The translations under genes and the position numbers were made by a program. Below, piece by piece: positions 27,327-36,934 of a stretch of DNA of 64,000 nt (position 1 is its first letter; each line of letters begins with the position of its first letter). This DNA comes from Candidatus Eiseniibacteriota bacterium (GTDB lineage Bacteria; Arandabacterota; Arandabacteria; Arandabacterales; Arandabacteraceae): positions 1 to 64,000 of the forward strand of contig JBDRNT010000161.1 in the NCBI GenBank assembly GCA_043810925.1, given 5' to 3'. The notes below the pieces were generated by a model. The model searched no databases. It saw only the letters and a program-made list of their open reading frames with translations, and had not been told where the DNA came from.

Positions 27327-28220
27327 ATGCAGAGCATGAGGTTGCTCGGAGACAGACTGGCAGGGAAGCTGATGCTGGTCCTGACGGTTTTCTCCGGCTT
27401 GCTCGTATTCATGATGGCCCTTGGTCTGTATCAGCGGTCCCGGCCGATTCTTGCCATGAAACCCCTGAGCGAGCTCCTATTCTCCCAGTCCTGGCATCCC
27501 CTGAGGGGCGAATTCGGCTTCTTCTCTTACATCATGGGAACGCTCTGGGTAACGGGGGTGGCCGTCGCTATCGCCGTCCCCTTGTGCATGCTGACCGCGA
27601 TATATCTCTCCGAGTATGCCCATCGAAAGGTCCGCGCCTGGACAAGCCCGTTGATTGACCTGCTCGCGGGTATCCCGTCGGTTGTATACGGGATGTGGGG
27701 TGTCCTTGTAGTCGTTCCCTTGATCAAGAACCATATAGGACCGTTCTTCGGAGTGATGTCCAGCGGGTACAGCGTCATGGCCGGAGGCATCGTTCTGGCA
27801 ATCATGGTTTTTCCGATAATCATTCACGTTTCGGTGGAAGTGCTCAAGTCCGTGCCGTATGAGGTCAGGGAAGCTTCCCTCGCACTCGGCGCGACGAAAT
27901 GGCAGACCGTCAAGCATGTGGTCATGCGCAAAGCCATGCCGGGTGTGATTGCCGCCATCGTCCTGGGGCTGTCACGGGCGTTCGGGGAGACTATGGCCGT
28001 TCTCATGGTGGCAGGGAACGTCGCGAAGGTTCCTTCGTCGGTCTTCGACCCGGCATATCCCCTCCCCGCACTGATCGCTAATAACTATGGGGAGATGTTG
28101 TCTGTGCCCCTTTACGATTCGGCACTGCTGCTGGCGTCTCTGGTATTGCTGTCGGTCGTCCTCGTTTTCAACGTGATATCTCGAATCATCCTTGTCAGAG
28201 TAGAAAGGAGCATACGCTGA
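27327..28220 (+). CDS. pstC: PstC-like ABC permease
   Basis: AIYLSEY, LAGIPSVVYG, EASLALGAT and SRAFGETMAV. Confidence 0.92.
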   Translation: MQSMRLLGDRLAGKLMLVLTVFSGLLVFMMALGLYQRSRPILAMKPLSELLFSQSWHPLRGEFGFFSYIMGTLWVTGVAVAIAVPLCMLTAIYLSEYAHRKVRAWTSPLIDLLAGIPSVVYGMWGVLVVVPLIKNHIGPFFGVMSSGYSVMAGGIVLAIMVFPIIIHVSVEVLKSVPYEVREASLALGATKWQTVKHVVMRKAMPGVIAAIVLGLSRAFGETMAVLMVAGNVAKVPSSVFDPAYPLPALIANNYGEMLSVPLYDSALLLASLVLLSVVLVFNVISRIILVRVERSIR

Positions 28221-29072
28221 ATGGGTATGCGAAGAGCAGAGGAAAAAGTGTTCAGGGCCCTTATGCTTGTATCCACGCTGCTGATCCTCTCAACACTTGT
28301 GCTCATCATGGTAACGGTAGTTGTGAGGGGCCTGCCTGCCATGGATCTGGCAATGGTCACGCAAACCCCGAAGGGTGGGTTCTACCTCGGGAAGGAAGGC
28401 GGCATACTGAATGCGATCGTCGGGTCGCTCTACCTGGCAGGAGGAGCAACCGTTCTGGCGATCCTGATCAGTCTCTCGGTTGTCCTGTACCTCAATGTGT
28501 ATGCGGCAAAAACGTCGCGCCTGGCGGCATTCACGCGATTCTCCTTCGATGTGTTGTGGGGCGTCCCATCCATTGTCTACGGAGCGTTTGGATTCACGAT
28601 CATGGTCTTTCTTGGACTCAGAACCTCCCTCCTGGCCGGGATCATAGCCGTAGCGCTCCTGATCCTGCCCATGATGAGCAGGGCCATGGACGAGGTAATC
28701 AGAATGGTTCCGCGAGAGCTCTATGAAGCGTCCTATTCACTCGGAGCAACACGATTGGAAACCGCCGTCAAAGTGATCACCAGACAAGCACTGCCGGGAA
28801 TCCTCACGGCGATACTCATCTCCTTCGGCAGGGGAATCGGCGATGCCGCCTCCGTCATATTCACAGCGGGATTCACGGACTCGATACCGTATTCGCTGTT
28901 GCGGCCGGCTGCGACGCTGCCTCTGGCAATCTTCTTCCAGCTCGGGACTCCGATACCCGAGGTTCAGGAGCGGGCATACGCCTCGGCACTCGTGCTGACA
29001 GTACTGATCCTAATAATAAGCCTCGCAGCGAGGACGCTTTCACGCAAGTTCACCAGGCACATAGTCAAATAG
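28221..29072 (+). CDS. pstA: PstA-like ABC permease
   Basis: GGILNAIVGS, GVPSIVYGAFG and EASYSLGAT. Confidence 0.9.
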   Translation: MGMRRAEEKVFRALMLVSTLLILSTLVLIMVTVVVRGLPAMDLAMVTQTPKGGFYLGKEGGILNAIVGSLYLAGGATVLAILISLSVVLYLNVYAAKTSRLAAFTRFSFDVLWGVPSIVYGAFGFTIMVFLGLRTSLLAGIIAVALLILPMMSRAMDEVIRMVPRELYEASYSLGATRLETAVKVITRQALPGILTAILISFGRGIGDAASVIFTAGFTDSIPYSLLRPAATLPLAIFFQLGTPIPEVQERAYASALVLTVLILIISLAARTLSRKFTRHIVK

Positions 29073-29081
29073 GAGATTGCC

Positions 29082-29843
29082 ATGAAGTTCAGATCACACA
29101 TCAGCGTTCGGAACCTCAATGTATTCTACGGGCGTGAGCAGGCACTGAAGGACATCAACGTCGACATCCCGGACAGGAAAATAACCGTGATAATCGGACC
29201 TTCCGGCTGCGGCAAGTCCACACTCCTCAGGTCCTTCAATCGCCTTGTGGACTCGGTCCATGGAGTGAAGGTCTCCGGTCAGGTTCTCCTGGACGGCGAG
29301 AACATATTCGATCCGGGAACCGAAGTCACACGCATAAGGAAGAAGATGGGACTGCTTTCACAGAAGCCCTACCCGCTGCCGATGTCGATCTATGATAACG
29401 TCGCCTACGGCCCGAGGATCCACGGGACCAGGAAGAGGAAAGAACTGGACCGCATCGTCGAGCATTACCTCAAGCAATCAAGCCTGTGGGGCGAGGTCAA
29501 AGACAGATTGCACTCTCCGGCATCAGATCTTTCGGTTGGCCAACAGCAGCGCCTGTGCCTGGCCCGAGGACTGGCTGTCGAACCTGAGATTGTCCTCGGT
29601 GATGAGCCTACCTCGGCCCTCGACCCGAGGTCGAGTCAGCGCATCGAACAGAGGTTCCTCGAGCTTAAGAAAGACTACACGATTGTTATCGTCACCCATA
29701 TCCTGCGACAGGCGATGAGGCTTGCCGACTACGTTCTATTCCTCTACCTCGGCACGTTGGTCGAGCACGGGCCTGCACGAGACATCTTTGAACATCCCCA
29801 GCAGGAGCTGACCAGGGAATACATTAAGGGAACCATAAGTTGA
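29082..29843 (+). CDS. pstB: PstB-like ABC ATPase
   Basis: GPSGCGKS, SIYDNVAYG, LSVGQQQRLCLAR, DEPTSALDP and TREYIKG. Confidence 0.93.
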   Translation: MKFRSHISVRNLNVFYGREQALKDINVDIPDRKITVIIGPSGCGKSTLLRSFNRLVDSVHGVKVSGQVLLDGENIFDPGTEVTRIRKKMGLLSQKPYPLPMSIYDNVAYGPRIHGTRKRKELDRIVEHYLKQSSLWGEVKDRLHSPASDLSVGQQQRLCLARGLAVEPEIVLGDEPTSALDPRSSQRIEQRFLELKKDYTIVIVTHILRQAMRLADYVLFLYLGTLVEHGPARDIFEHPQQELTREYIKGTIS

Positions 29844-29926
29844 CCGGGACACTGCCTCGGCGATGAGGCTTGCAGGTTTGATCTCAATTTCATAGATCCC
29901 AGCCGCCTGCTGTCGCTCGCACCTGG

Positions 29927-30394
29927 TCACTGACGCGGCGGAGCCTGCGTGAACCTGGCCTTGGCACTGGCCATGACATTTCCTTCATACACCAGCGTTG
30001 CCGCCACACGATAAAGCTGAGGCTTCACGGAAAGCAACCACGCTGTCACCTCAAGCAGAGCGTCGCACGGGACTGCTCTAAGAAAGCGGACATGCAGGTC
30101 CGCAGTGACTGCCCGTACGCCGTGATGAAACAGGCAGTGTGTCATGGCCGCATCCAGCAGCCCGCTGATAACACCACCATGCAGAATCCCGTCGTATCCC
30201 TGAAGCCCTGGGTGTGCCTCGAACCGGGACCACACCTTGCCTGTGTCTCGGACCTCGAAACGCAGACCCAGAGACCAGGGATTCCGACCACCACACATCA
30301 GGCAGTTGACATGCCCGTCCCCGGAGCCACCGGCAATGCGCTGTTCGCCGGCTGCAGACCGCTCCTGTGCGGTTACCTTCCTATTACTCTTCAG
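29927..30394 (-). CDS. PaaI-family hotdog-fold thioesterase (start codon uncertain)
   Basis: CLMCGGRNPWSLGL..QGYDGILHGGVISGLLDAAM..VTADLHVRF. Confidence 0.82.
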   Translation of the reverse strand: MKSNRKVTAQERSAAGEQRIAGGSGDGHVNCLMCGGRNPWSLGLRFEVRDTGKVWSRFEAHPGLQGYDGILHGGVISGLLDAAMTHCLFHHGVRAVTADLHVRFLRAVPCDALLEVTAWLLSVKPQLYRVAATLVYEGNVMASAKARFTQAPPRQ

Positions 30395-30752
30395 CCGATT
30401 CCGCTCCCATCTCCGCCAATCTGCTCTTAACGGCGGCGAGTTGCTGCTCGAGGTTAGTGATCTCACTCTCCAGGAACGCTTTCTCTCCAACGGGCGCTGC
30501 GGCAGAATATGGTACTCCACCTCCGTACGGGGCCACCGCATATGCGACCCCTACTCTCCGCCACCTGCCACGGCCACCACCAAATGCCCGTCCGCGGCCA
30601 CAACCCCAGGGGATTCCACCACGACCCACGCCATACACGACTCCGGGCACGTAGCCCCCCTGTGAGCGACCTGCGCCAGGACCGCAGAGGCCAAAGCCGC
30701 CGCCCGTTCTCGAACCCAGGCCCCTCGGGCCCGTTCGGTCAAACCCTGGCAT
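30384..30752 (-). CDS. DUF5320-family Gly/Arg-rich protein (orp-cluster associated)
   Basis: MPGFDRTGPRGLGSRTGGGFGLC N-terminus, a GRGG-rich middle and a C-terminal coiled coil. Confidence 0.88.
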   Translation of the reverse strand: MPGFDRTGPRGLGSRTGGGFGLCGPGAGRSQGGYVPGVVYGVGRGGIPWGCGRGRAFGGGRGRWRRVGVAYAVAPYGGGVPYSAAAPVGEKAFLESEITNLEQQLAAVKSRLAEMGAESAEE

Positions 30753-30835
30753 GACTTACCTCCTCTCACCAATGACAAGATTGCCGACCTCACAACCCTA
30801 CCCATCCCTACCCTCTCCACACTCCCAGGTAGGGG

Positions 30836-30850
30836 GCATCAATCATGCCA
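30836..30850 (-). promoter_or_regulatory. Sigma54 (-24/-12) promoter
   Basis: Minus strand TGGCATGATTGATGC (GG-N10-GC), with an AT-rich tract upstream. Confidence 0.75.
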
Positions 30851-30945
30851 GATTGCAATCCGGGGAATATTATGTTATTTGCTTATATAGTAAGGGAGTA
30901 TGATGGAAGTCGTGACTCTGACGGTATTACGGTTATGATGAGTGA

Positions 30946-30981
30946 TGTATCAAAATGAGACTGGCATTTCAATGTGGTACA
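30946..30981. promoter_or_regulatory. Enhancer (UAS) palindrome for the sigma54 activator, copy A
   Basis: TGTATCAAAATGAGACTGGCATTTCAATGTGGTACA; matches copy B at 32853. Confidence 0.75.
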
Positions 30982-31059
30982 GTAATTCCATGACAGTCTG
31001 CCGGTGCGACTGTCGGCGGTAATTACCAAACTGGCACCGAATTATGGGGAGATGATTCA

Positions 31060-32802
31060 ATGCGTGAAGACAGAAGCAAGGGACCTGGAGCGCTGGATCT
31101 TGTCCATCTGATCGACGGCGTCATGGTGCTGGATAGCGGAGGAACGGTAGTCGCCTTTAGCGAGGGTGCCGAACGCATAACCGGTTTCATGACCAGTGAG
31201 ATTGTCGGTAAGACCTGCCAGGAGGTGTTTCGATCGAGCACCTGTGAGATCGCATGCCCCGCCCGACGAACCTTCGAAACGGGAGTGGTCTTATCCAACT
31301 GCCGGTGTCATATATGCACGAGAGATGATTGTGAGATAGAAGTCGCGGTCAACACCTCACCGCTCCGGGGAAGTGACGGCACGATTGTTGGCGCAGTCGT
31401 CGTCTTTCGTAATCTCAATGAGATGATGGAGATGGCAATTGAGTTGACTGAGCTCAGCCATGAGATCATCAGAGAGAAAGAACGTTCGGAGGCAATCATA
31501 AACAGCATTGCCGATGGGGTCTTCACGCTGTCCACCGATATGACCCTGACATCCTTTAACAAGTCGGCCGAAGCGATAACCGGCTATAGTGCGGAGGAGG
31601 TTCTCGGTAAGCCCTGCAAGAACATATTCAGAAGCAAAGGCTGTGACCAGATCTGCCCGGTAAGACAGATGCTGGTGAGCGGCAGACCGGTGACCGGCGT
31701 TGAGATGGAAATGACAACAAAGAACGGGGTGAAGGTGCCTGTGAGTATGTCTACGGCAGTGCTCCGTGATGAGACCGGTGACGTGATCGGCGCCGTGGAG
31801 ACGTTCAGAGACCTCTCGACGGTCAAGACACTCACCGAGGAGCTCAGAGGGAAGTACTCGTTCAGGAACATCATAGGCAAGAGCCACAAGATGCGTGATG
31901 TGTACCAGCTGATAAAGTCTGTGGCCCCCACCAATGTGACCGTCCTGATCCAGGGCAATACAGGAACCGGCAAGGAGCTGGTCGCCAGAGCCATACACTA
32001 CGAAAGCCCGCGGGCTGATAAGCCTTTCGTTGTTGTGAATTGTGCCGCATTGCCTGAGACCTTGCTTGAAAGCGAGCTCTTCGGCCATGTGAGGGGGGCT
32101 TTCACGGGAGCAATCGCGGACCGGAAGGGCCGATTCGAAAGAGCCGATGGGGGAACAGTGTTCCTCGATGAGATCGCGGAGGTGAGCCCGGCAATTCAGG
32201 TCAAGCTCCTCAGAGTACTTGAGACCAAACAGTTTGAAAGAGTTGGAGACAGCCAGACAAAGGGAGTGGATGTCAGGCTCGTGTCTGCTACAAACAGGAA
32301 TCTCAAAGAGCTTATAGGTAGGGGCGAGTTCAGGGAGGATCTCTACTACAGAATCAACGTGGTTGCGATCAATCTTCCACCGCTGAGAGAGCGCGATGAA
32401 GACATTCCACTCCTCGTCGATCACTTCGTAGAGAAGTTGAATGCCGACACAGGAAAACACGTGAGACAGGTATCCCAGGGGGCGATGGATGTGCTGATAG
32501 ACCATGTCTGGCCGGGGAACGTCCGGGAACTGGAGAATGCGATCGGTCACGCGTTCGTCCATTGCCGCGGTGACACAATCCTGCCGGAGCACCTGCCACG
32601 GGAACTGGTCGAAGTCACGCCGCATGCCGCAAGCGGGATGGCCTCGGCAGGCTCAATTGAAGAAATGGAAAAAGCCGCGGTCACGGATATGCTCAAGAGG
32701 TGTAAAGGCAATCGAAGTCAGGCTGCCCGCCGCCTGGGCATAGGCCGGAGCTCACTCTGGCGCAAGATCAAGAAGTACGGTCTGACCCACTCCCCTGACT
32801 GA
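31060..32802 (+). CDS. PAS-PAS sigma54-dependent transcriptional activator (OrpR-like)
   Basis: Two Cys-rich PAS domains (CQEVF..CEIACP; CKNIF..CDQICP); [33 protein letters not shown] and a Fis-type HTH. Confidence 0.92.
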   Translation: MREDRSKGPGALDLVHLIDGVMVLDSGGTVVAFSEGAERITGFMTSEIVGKTCQEVFRSSTCEIACPARRTFETGVVLSNCRCHICTRDDCEIEVAVNTSPLRGSDGTIVGAVVVFRNLNEMMEMAIELTELSHEIIREKERSEAIINSIADGVFTLSTDMTLTSFNKSAEAITGYSAEEVLGKPCKNIFRSKGCDQICPVRQMLVSGRPVTGVEMEMTTKNGVKVPVSMSTAVLRDETGDVIGAVETFRDLSTVKTLTEELRGKYSFRNIIGKSHKMRDVYQLIKSVAPTNVTVLIQGNTGTGKELVARAIHYESPRADKPFVVVNCAALPETLLESELFGHVRGAFTGAIADRKGRFERADGGTVFLDEIAEVSPAIQVKLLRVLETKQFERVGDSQTKGVDVRLVSATNRNLKELIGRGEFREDLYYRINVVAINLPPLRERDEDIPLLVDHFVEKLNADTGKHVRQVSQGAMDVLIDHVWPGNVRELENAIGHAFVHCRGDTILPEHLPRELVEVTPHAASGMASAGSIEEMEKAAVTDMLKRCKGNRSQAARRLGIGRSSLWRKIKKYGLTHSPD

Positions 32803-32852
32803 TTCGGATCTGATCTGCCACCGGCTTGACAAAGAAGTCGACCGCGCACACT

Positions 32853-32888
32853 TGTACCATATCGAAACGGCCGTTTCATCATGGTACG
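32853..32888. promoter_or_regulatory. Enhancer (UAS) palindrome, copy B
   Basis: TGTACCATATCGAAACGGCCGTTTCATCATGGTACG. Confidence 0.75.
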
Positions 32889-32983
32889 CCAATCTCAGAG
32901 CACGGACATACTCAACGGTATGTCGTCATTCTTAACATCTTATTATATAAGCAATTAGAAGCATAGCCGATTGTTATGGACTC

Positions 32984-32998
32984 CGGCACGGACAATGC
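32984..32998 (+). promoter_or_regulatory. Sigma54 (-24/-12) promoter of the orp-like operon
   Basis: CGGCACGGACAATGC (GG-N10-GC); an AT-rich, IHF-like tract at about 32930-32960. Confidence 0.75.
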
Positions 32999-33027
32999 CT
33001 ATTAGACCACATGAGGAGGTGGGAAAG

Positions 33028-33762
33028 ATGAAAATCGCTATTTCGTCAACCGGACAAGGACTTGATGCTGAGATGGATCCGCGATTTGGCAGATGTCAGT
33101 ACATCATTGTCGTTGATACTGACACGATGGAGTTTGAAACGATCGAGAACCCGAACATCATGGCTTCCGGCGGCGCCGGAATCCAGAGCGCCCAACTCAT
33201 TGCTGAAAAAGGCGTAGGTGTCGTGCTGACCGGAAACTGCGGCCCCAATGCCTTTCAGACGCTCCAGGCAGCCGGAATACCGGTTTGTGTGGGTGTTGGG
33301 GGGACGGTACGGGAAGCCGTTGAATTGTACAAGAAAGGTGAGATCTCCCCAAGCCAGGCACCCAGTGTGGCCGAGAAGTTCGGATCGAGGGGTGGACCCC
33401 AGGTCGACCCGGGAGGTGCACAGGGCACTCCCGACGGGCAGACTGAGCCCGGTGCGGATGATGGGATGGGACGTGGCATGGGTGGCGGGATGGGGCGAGG
33501 TGCGGGAAGAGGTATGGGCGGCGGGGGCATGGGACGCGGGACGGGGAGAGGTATGGGAAGAGGAACGGGCAGAGGCATGAGAAGAGGTATGGGAATGGGC
33601 TTCGGGGGCATTCTCAGCTCAAGAATAGATCCGGGGTATACAGGGGCAGCCGGTTCCGGTGATGAACTCAGTGACCTCCGGGGTCAGGCATCGGATTTGA
33701 GGACGGAGCTTGACCGGATTCACCAGAGAATCGATGAACTTGAGAGAAACCGGGGGAAATGA
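33028..33762 (+). CDS. NifB/NifX-family (orange protein-like) domain fused to GRGM repeats and a coiled coil
   Basis: MKIAISSTG..DPRFGRC..GGAGIQSAQ..LTGNCGPNAF; a GMGRG-repeat tail; RBS GAGGAGGT. Confidence 0.88.
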   Translation: MKIAISSTGQGLDAEMDPRFGRCQYIIVVDTDTMEFETIENPNIMASGGAGIQSAQLIAEKGVGVVLTGNCGPNAFQTLQAAGIPVCVGVGGTVREAVELYKKGEISPSQAPSVAEKFGSRGGPQVDPGGAQGTPDGQTEPGADDGMGRGMGGGMGRGAGRGMGGGGMGRGTGRGMGRGTGRGMRRGMGMGFGGILSSRIDPGYTGAAGSGDELSDLRGQASDLRTELDRIHQRIDELERNRGK

Positions 33763-34625
33763 GCATGAAGATCGTAGTCGCCAGCGGGAAGGGCGGTACG
33801 GGAAAGACCACGGTGGCCGTGGCCCTTGCTCTGGCGCTTAGGAAAGAGGTGGACCGGCTCCAGTTTCTGGACTGCGATGTTGAGGAGCCAAACGCAGAAC
33901 TGCTGCTCAAGCCGGTTCTGACCGAGAGCAAGCCGGTCACCGTATCTATCCCGGAAGTGGACTCAGGCAAGTGCACAGGGTGTGGCAGGTGCCGTGAGAT
34001 ATGTGAATACAACGCCGTCGCGGTGGTCAGTGAGAAGGCACTGATCTTTGAAAACCTTTGCCATGCGTGTGGTGGATGCAGGCTCGTGTGCCCGGATGAC
34101 GCCATAACCGAAAAAGCAAAGGTGATCGGCAGGATCGACGCCGGAAGCCGGGACAATGTGCACTTCCTCAGGGGAGTACTCAATGTAGGGGAGCCTATGG
34201 CGACACCGGTCATACGCGCGCTCAGGGGCGAAGCCACCGATGATGCTCTTACGATACTTGATGCGCCACCGGGAACCGCATGCCCTGTGATCGCCACAGT
34301 CAAAGACTGTGACTACTGCATCCTTGTAACCGAGCCCACGCCTTTCGGACTCTACGACCTCAACCTGATGGTCGAAGTGGTGAAAGCACTCGGCATTCCA
34401 ATGGGCGTGGTCATAAACAAAGATGACACCTGGAGCACGCACATCGAGGAGTATGCTTCAGAAAACGATATCCCGATTGTCATGAAAATCCCCCTAAGCA
34501 GAGATATCGCAGTGTTCTACTCCAACGGTGTACCGCTCAACGAGGCTGATGGGCACTGGGATGAGGACTTCCTTCATCTCTATGAGGGTATTGGGAGACA
34601 GATATGGCAAAACCAATCGAAATAG
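33759..34625 (+). CDS. MinD-superfamily P-loop ATPase with inserted ferredoxin domain (Orp3/4-like)
   Basis: SGKGGTGKTT, DCDVEEPN, two CxxCxxCxxxC motifs, DAPPGTACP and VTEPTPFG. Confidence 0.92.
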   Translation: MSMKIVVASGKGGTGKTTVAVALALALRKEVDRLQFLDCDVEEPNAELLLKPVLTESKPVTVSIPEVDSGKCTGCGRCREICEYNAVAVVSEKALIFENLCHACGGCRLVCPDDAITEKAKVIGRIDAGSRDNVHFLRGVLNVGEPMATPVIRALRGEATDDALTILDAPPGTACPVIATVKDCDYCILVTEPTPFGLYDLNLMVEVVKALGIPMGVVINKDDTWSTHIEEYASENDIPIVMKIPLSRDIAVFYSNGVPLNEADGHWDEDFLHLYEGIGRQIWQNQSK

Positions 34626-35518
34626 TCGTCGTAAGCGGCAAGGGGGGCACGGGAAAGACCGTTCTTGCATCTTCTCTGGCTGCTCTTATAGACGATCTGG
34701 TCGTGGCGGACTGCGATGTTGACGCCCCCGACATGCACCTGCTCCTCGAGCCGACGATAGTGAGGCATGAGGTTTTCTCAGGATCCAAAGTCGCTTCGAT
34801 CGACCCCGATACCTGCATTTCCTGCGCTACGTGTGCTGAGGTCTGCCGCTTTGGAGCGGTGAACGAGGAGATCAGCGGCAAGGCCCGGGCTTACTCGATT
34901 GACGGCCTTGCCTGTGAGGGATGTGGGGTTTGTGCATGGAACTGTCCTTCAGGTGCGATAGACCTCGGGGATGCGCCCACCGGTAACTGGTACGTATCCC
35001 GGACCCGCTTCGGCAAGATGATCCACGCCAGGTTGGGCGTCGCGCAGGAGACATCAGGAAAACTCGTGACGGTTGTACGAAGGGAGGCAAGGTGTACCGC
35101 CATTGCAGACAGGACCACATTCGTCCTGATCGACGGTCCTCCGGGCATAGGCTGTCCTGTCATAGCATCGATTGCCGGGGCGGATCTTGCTGTCATAGTC
35201 ACGGAGCCCACGCTGTCGGGGCTCCATGATCTCAAGCGGATCCTCGGACTCACCAAGCATTTTGAACTCAGGACCGCCGTAGTCATAAACAAGTATGACC
35301 TTAATAGTGAGATGTGCACACAGATACAGGGATTCCTGGAAGAACAGAAGATACCTCTTGCCGGCAAGATCAGGTTTGATGGGCAAGTCAACAAAGCGAT
35401 TGCCGCCGGGAAGACGATTGTCGAGTATTCTGACTCAGAGGCAGCCCGTGAGATAAAGCGTATCGCGGACTGGATAACCAGATCAATTCACACAGGGCAG
35501 GGAGCTAGGACCCGCTAA
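34604..35518 (+). CDS. MinD-superfamily P-loop ATPase with inserted ferredoxin domain (partner subunit)
   Basis: SGKGGTGKT, DCDVDAPD, two 4Fe-4S motifs, DGPPGIGCP and VTEPTLSG. Confidence 0.92.
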   Translation: MAKPIEIVVVSGKGGTGKTVLASSLAALIDDLVVADCDVDAPDMHLLLEPTIVRHEVFSGSKVASIDPDTCISCATCAEVCRFGAVNEEISGKARAYSIDGLACEGCGVCAWNCPSGAIDLGDAPTGNWYVSRTRFGKMIHARLGVAQETSGKLVTVVRREARCTAIADRTTFVLIDGPPGIGCPVIASIAGADLAVIVTEPTLSGLHDLKRILGLTKHFELRTAVVINKYDLNSEMCTQIQGFLEEQKIPLAGKIRFDGQVNKAIAAGKTIVEYSDSEAAREIKRIADWITRSIHTGQGARTR

Positions 35519-35528
35519 GGATGGGAGG

Positions 35529-36830
35529 TTGACCATGGTATCGGTGGCCGGCGACGCGGCAACAGGCCGCGACTTCAAGGAGAGAACACAATCGCACGAG
35601 GAGCGGAAGCTGAGAATCGAAGAGAGGATGGCACAGGTCAAGCACAAGTTCATTGTAATAAGTGGTAAGGGGGGCGTGGGTAAGAGTACTGTCGCTGCCT
35701 ACGTAGCAGCTTCACTTGCCGCCGATGGGAACTCCGTGGGACTGCTGGACACGGACATTCATGGACCGAGCATTCCCAAGATGCTTGGGCTTGAGGATAG
35801 TCGTGTGACTGCAGCGGGTGAAACCATAATGCCCATCCCGTTTTCCAAGAACCTGAGTGTCATGTCGATCGGTTTTCTCCTCAGGTCGAGTAAGGATGCA
35901 GTGATCTGGCGCGGCCCAATGAAGATGGGAATCATAGAGGAGTTTCTCGGGAATGTGGAGTGGGGCCCTCTGGACTACATGATAATCGACTCTCCCCCCG
36001 GTACGGGAGATGAACCCCTGTCGGTCTGCCAGCTGATACCCGGGCTTGACGGTGCTATCGTCATAGCAACTCCGCAGGAGATCGCCCTCGTTGATGTTGA
36101 GAAGTCGATATCGTTCTGTCGCCAGCTCAATATACCCGTGTTCGGTGTGATCGAGAACATGTCGGGTTTCATATGTCCACATTGCGGCGAGAAGGCCGAC
36201 ATCTTCAAGAGCGGCGGCGCCGAGGCTCTTGCAGCCGAGGCCGGGGTTCCATTTCTTGGACGGATACCTATCGTACCTGAGGTTGTGGATGCATGTGACG
36301 CGGGAGCATGCTCACTGGCAAGCATCGCATCCGACCCGTTCAAGCAATCCCTCAAGGCTATAACCGATAGCATTCTTAAAGCGGCGCCGGCCACATCCGG
36401 ACCTGAGGTCCCCGAACCGGCGGCGGAACCGGACAATGACGCCGGCAAGACCTTGCCCGCCGGACACGAAGCTTCCCATTTGGAGGGAGCTGCGGTTCAG
36501 CGCATCGCTCTGCCTCTAGACGGTGATCGCCTGAGTACACACTTCGGCCACAGCACACGATTCGCAATCTATTATGTCGAGGGGAGCAAGATAATCGGCC
36601 AGCGGGATCTTACACCGCCACCCCATGCCCCAGGGGTCATTCCTTCGTGGCTCAAGGAACAGGGGGTCGGTGTAGTTATCGCCGGCGGACTGGGAGGGCG
36701 GGCAATCGCAGCCTTTGAGAGCTCGGGCATTACCGTAGTCTGCGGGGCACCACCCGAAGACCCCAAAGATGTCGTTTCGGCTTATCTCAAGGGTACCCTG
36801 GCGGCAGGTGAGAACATCTGCGACCACTGA
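35529..36830 (+). CDS. Mrp/NBP35 (ApbC) Fe-S carrier ATPase fused to a C-terminal NifX-like domain
   Basis: SGKGGVGKST, VIWRGP, DSPPGTGDE and ENMSGFICPHCG; C-terminal HFGHS..PPPHAPG..GENICDH. Confidence 0.92.
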   Translation: MTMVSVAGDAATGRDFKERTQSHEERKLRIEERMAQVKHKFIVISGKGGVGKSTVAAYVAASLAADGNSVGLLDTDIHGPSIPKMLGLEDSRVTAAGETIMPIPFSKNLSVMSIGFLLRSSKDAVIWRGPMKMGIIEEFLGNVEWGPLDYMIIDSPPGTGDEPLSVCQLIPGLDGAIVIATPQEIALVDVEKSISFCRQLNIPVFGVIENMSGFICPHCGEKADIFKSGGAEALAAEAGVPFLGRIPIVPEVVDACDAGACSLASIASDPFKQSLKAITDSILKAAPATSGPEVPEPAAEPDNDAGKTLPAGHEASHLEGAAVQRIALPLDGDRLSTHFGHSTRFAIYYVEGSKIIGQRDLTPPPHAPGVIPSWLKEQGVGVVIAGGLGGRAIAAFESSGITVVCGAPPEDPKDVVSAYLKGTLAAGENICDH

Positions 36831-36875
36831 TGGTTTAGGGCTTAACGGTCGGAGTGCTCATTGTGGAAAAATAGC

Positions 36876-36923
36876 TTGACGCAGGCACAACTGTACTCTA
36901 TAATGTCTATGGACATAAGAGAC
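36876..36923 (+). promoter_or_regulatory. Sigma70 promoter of the Rrf2 gene with an autoregulatory box
   Basis: TTGACG-17-TATAAT immediately followed by GTCTATGGACATAAGAGAC. Confidence 0.78.
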
Positions 36924-36934
36924 TAGGGGGACAA

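Noticed and set aside
31357-32625. 422-aa minus-strand ORF
   Set aside because: Antisense shadow of the sigma54 activator.
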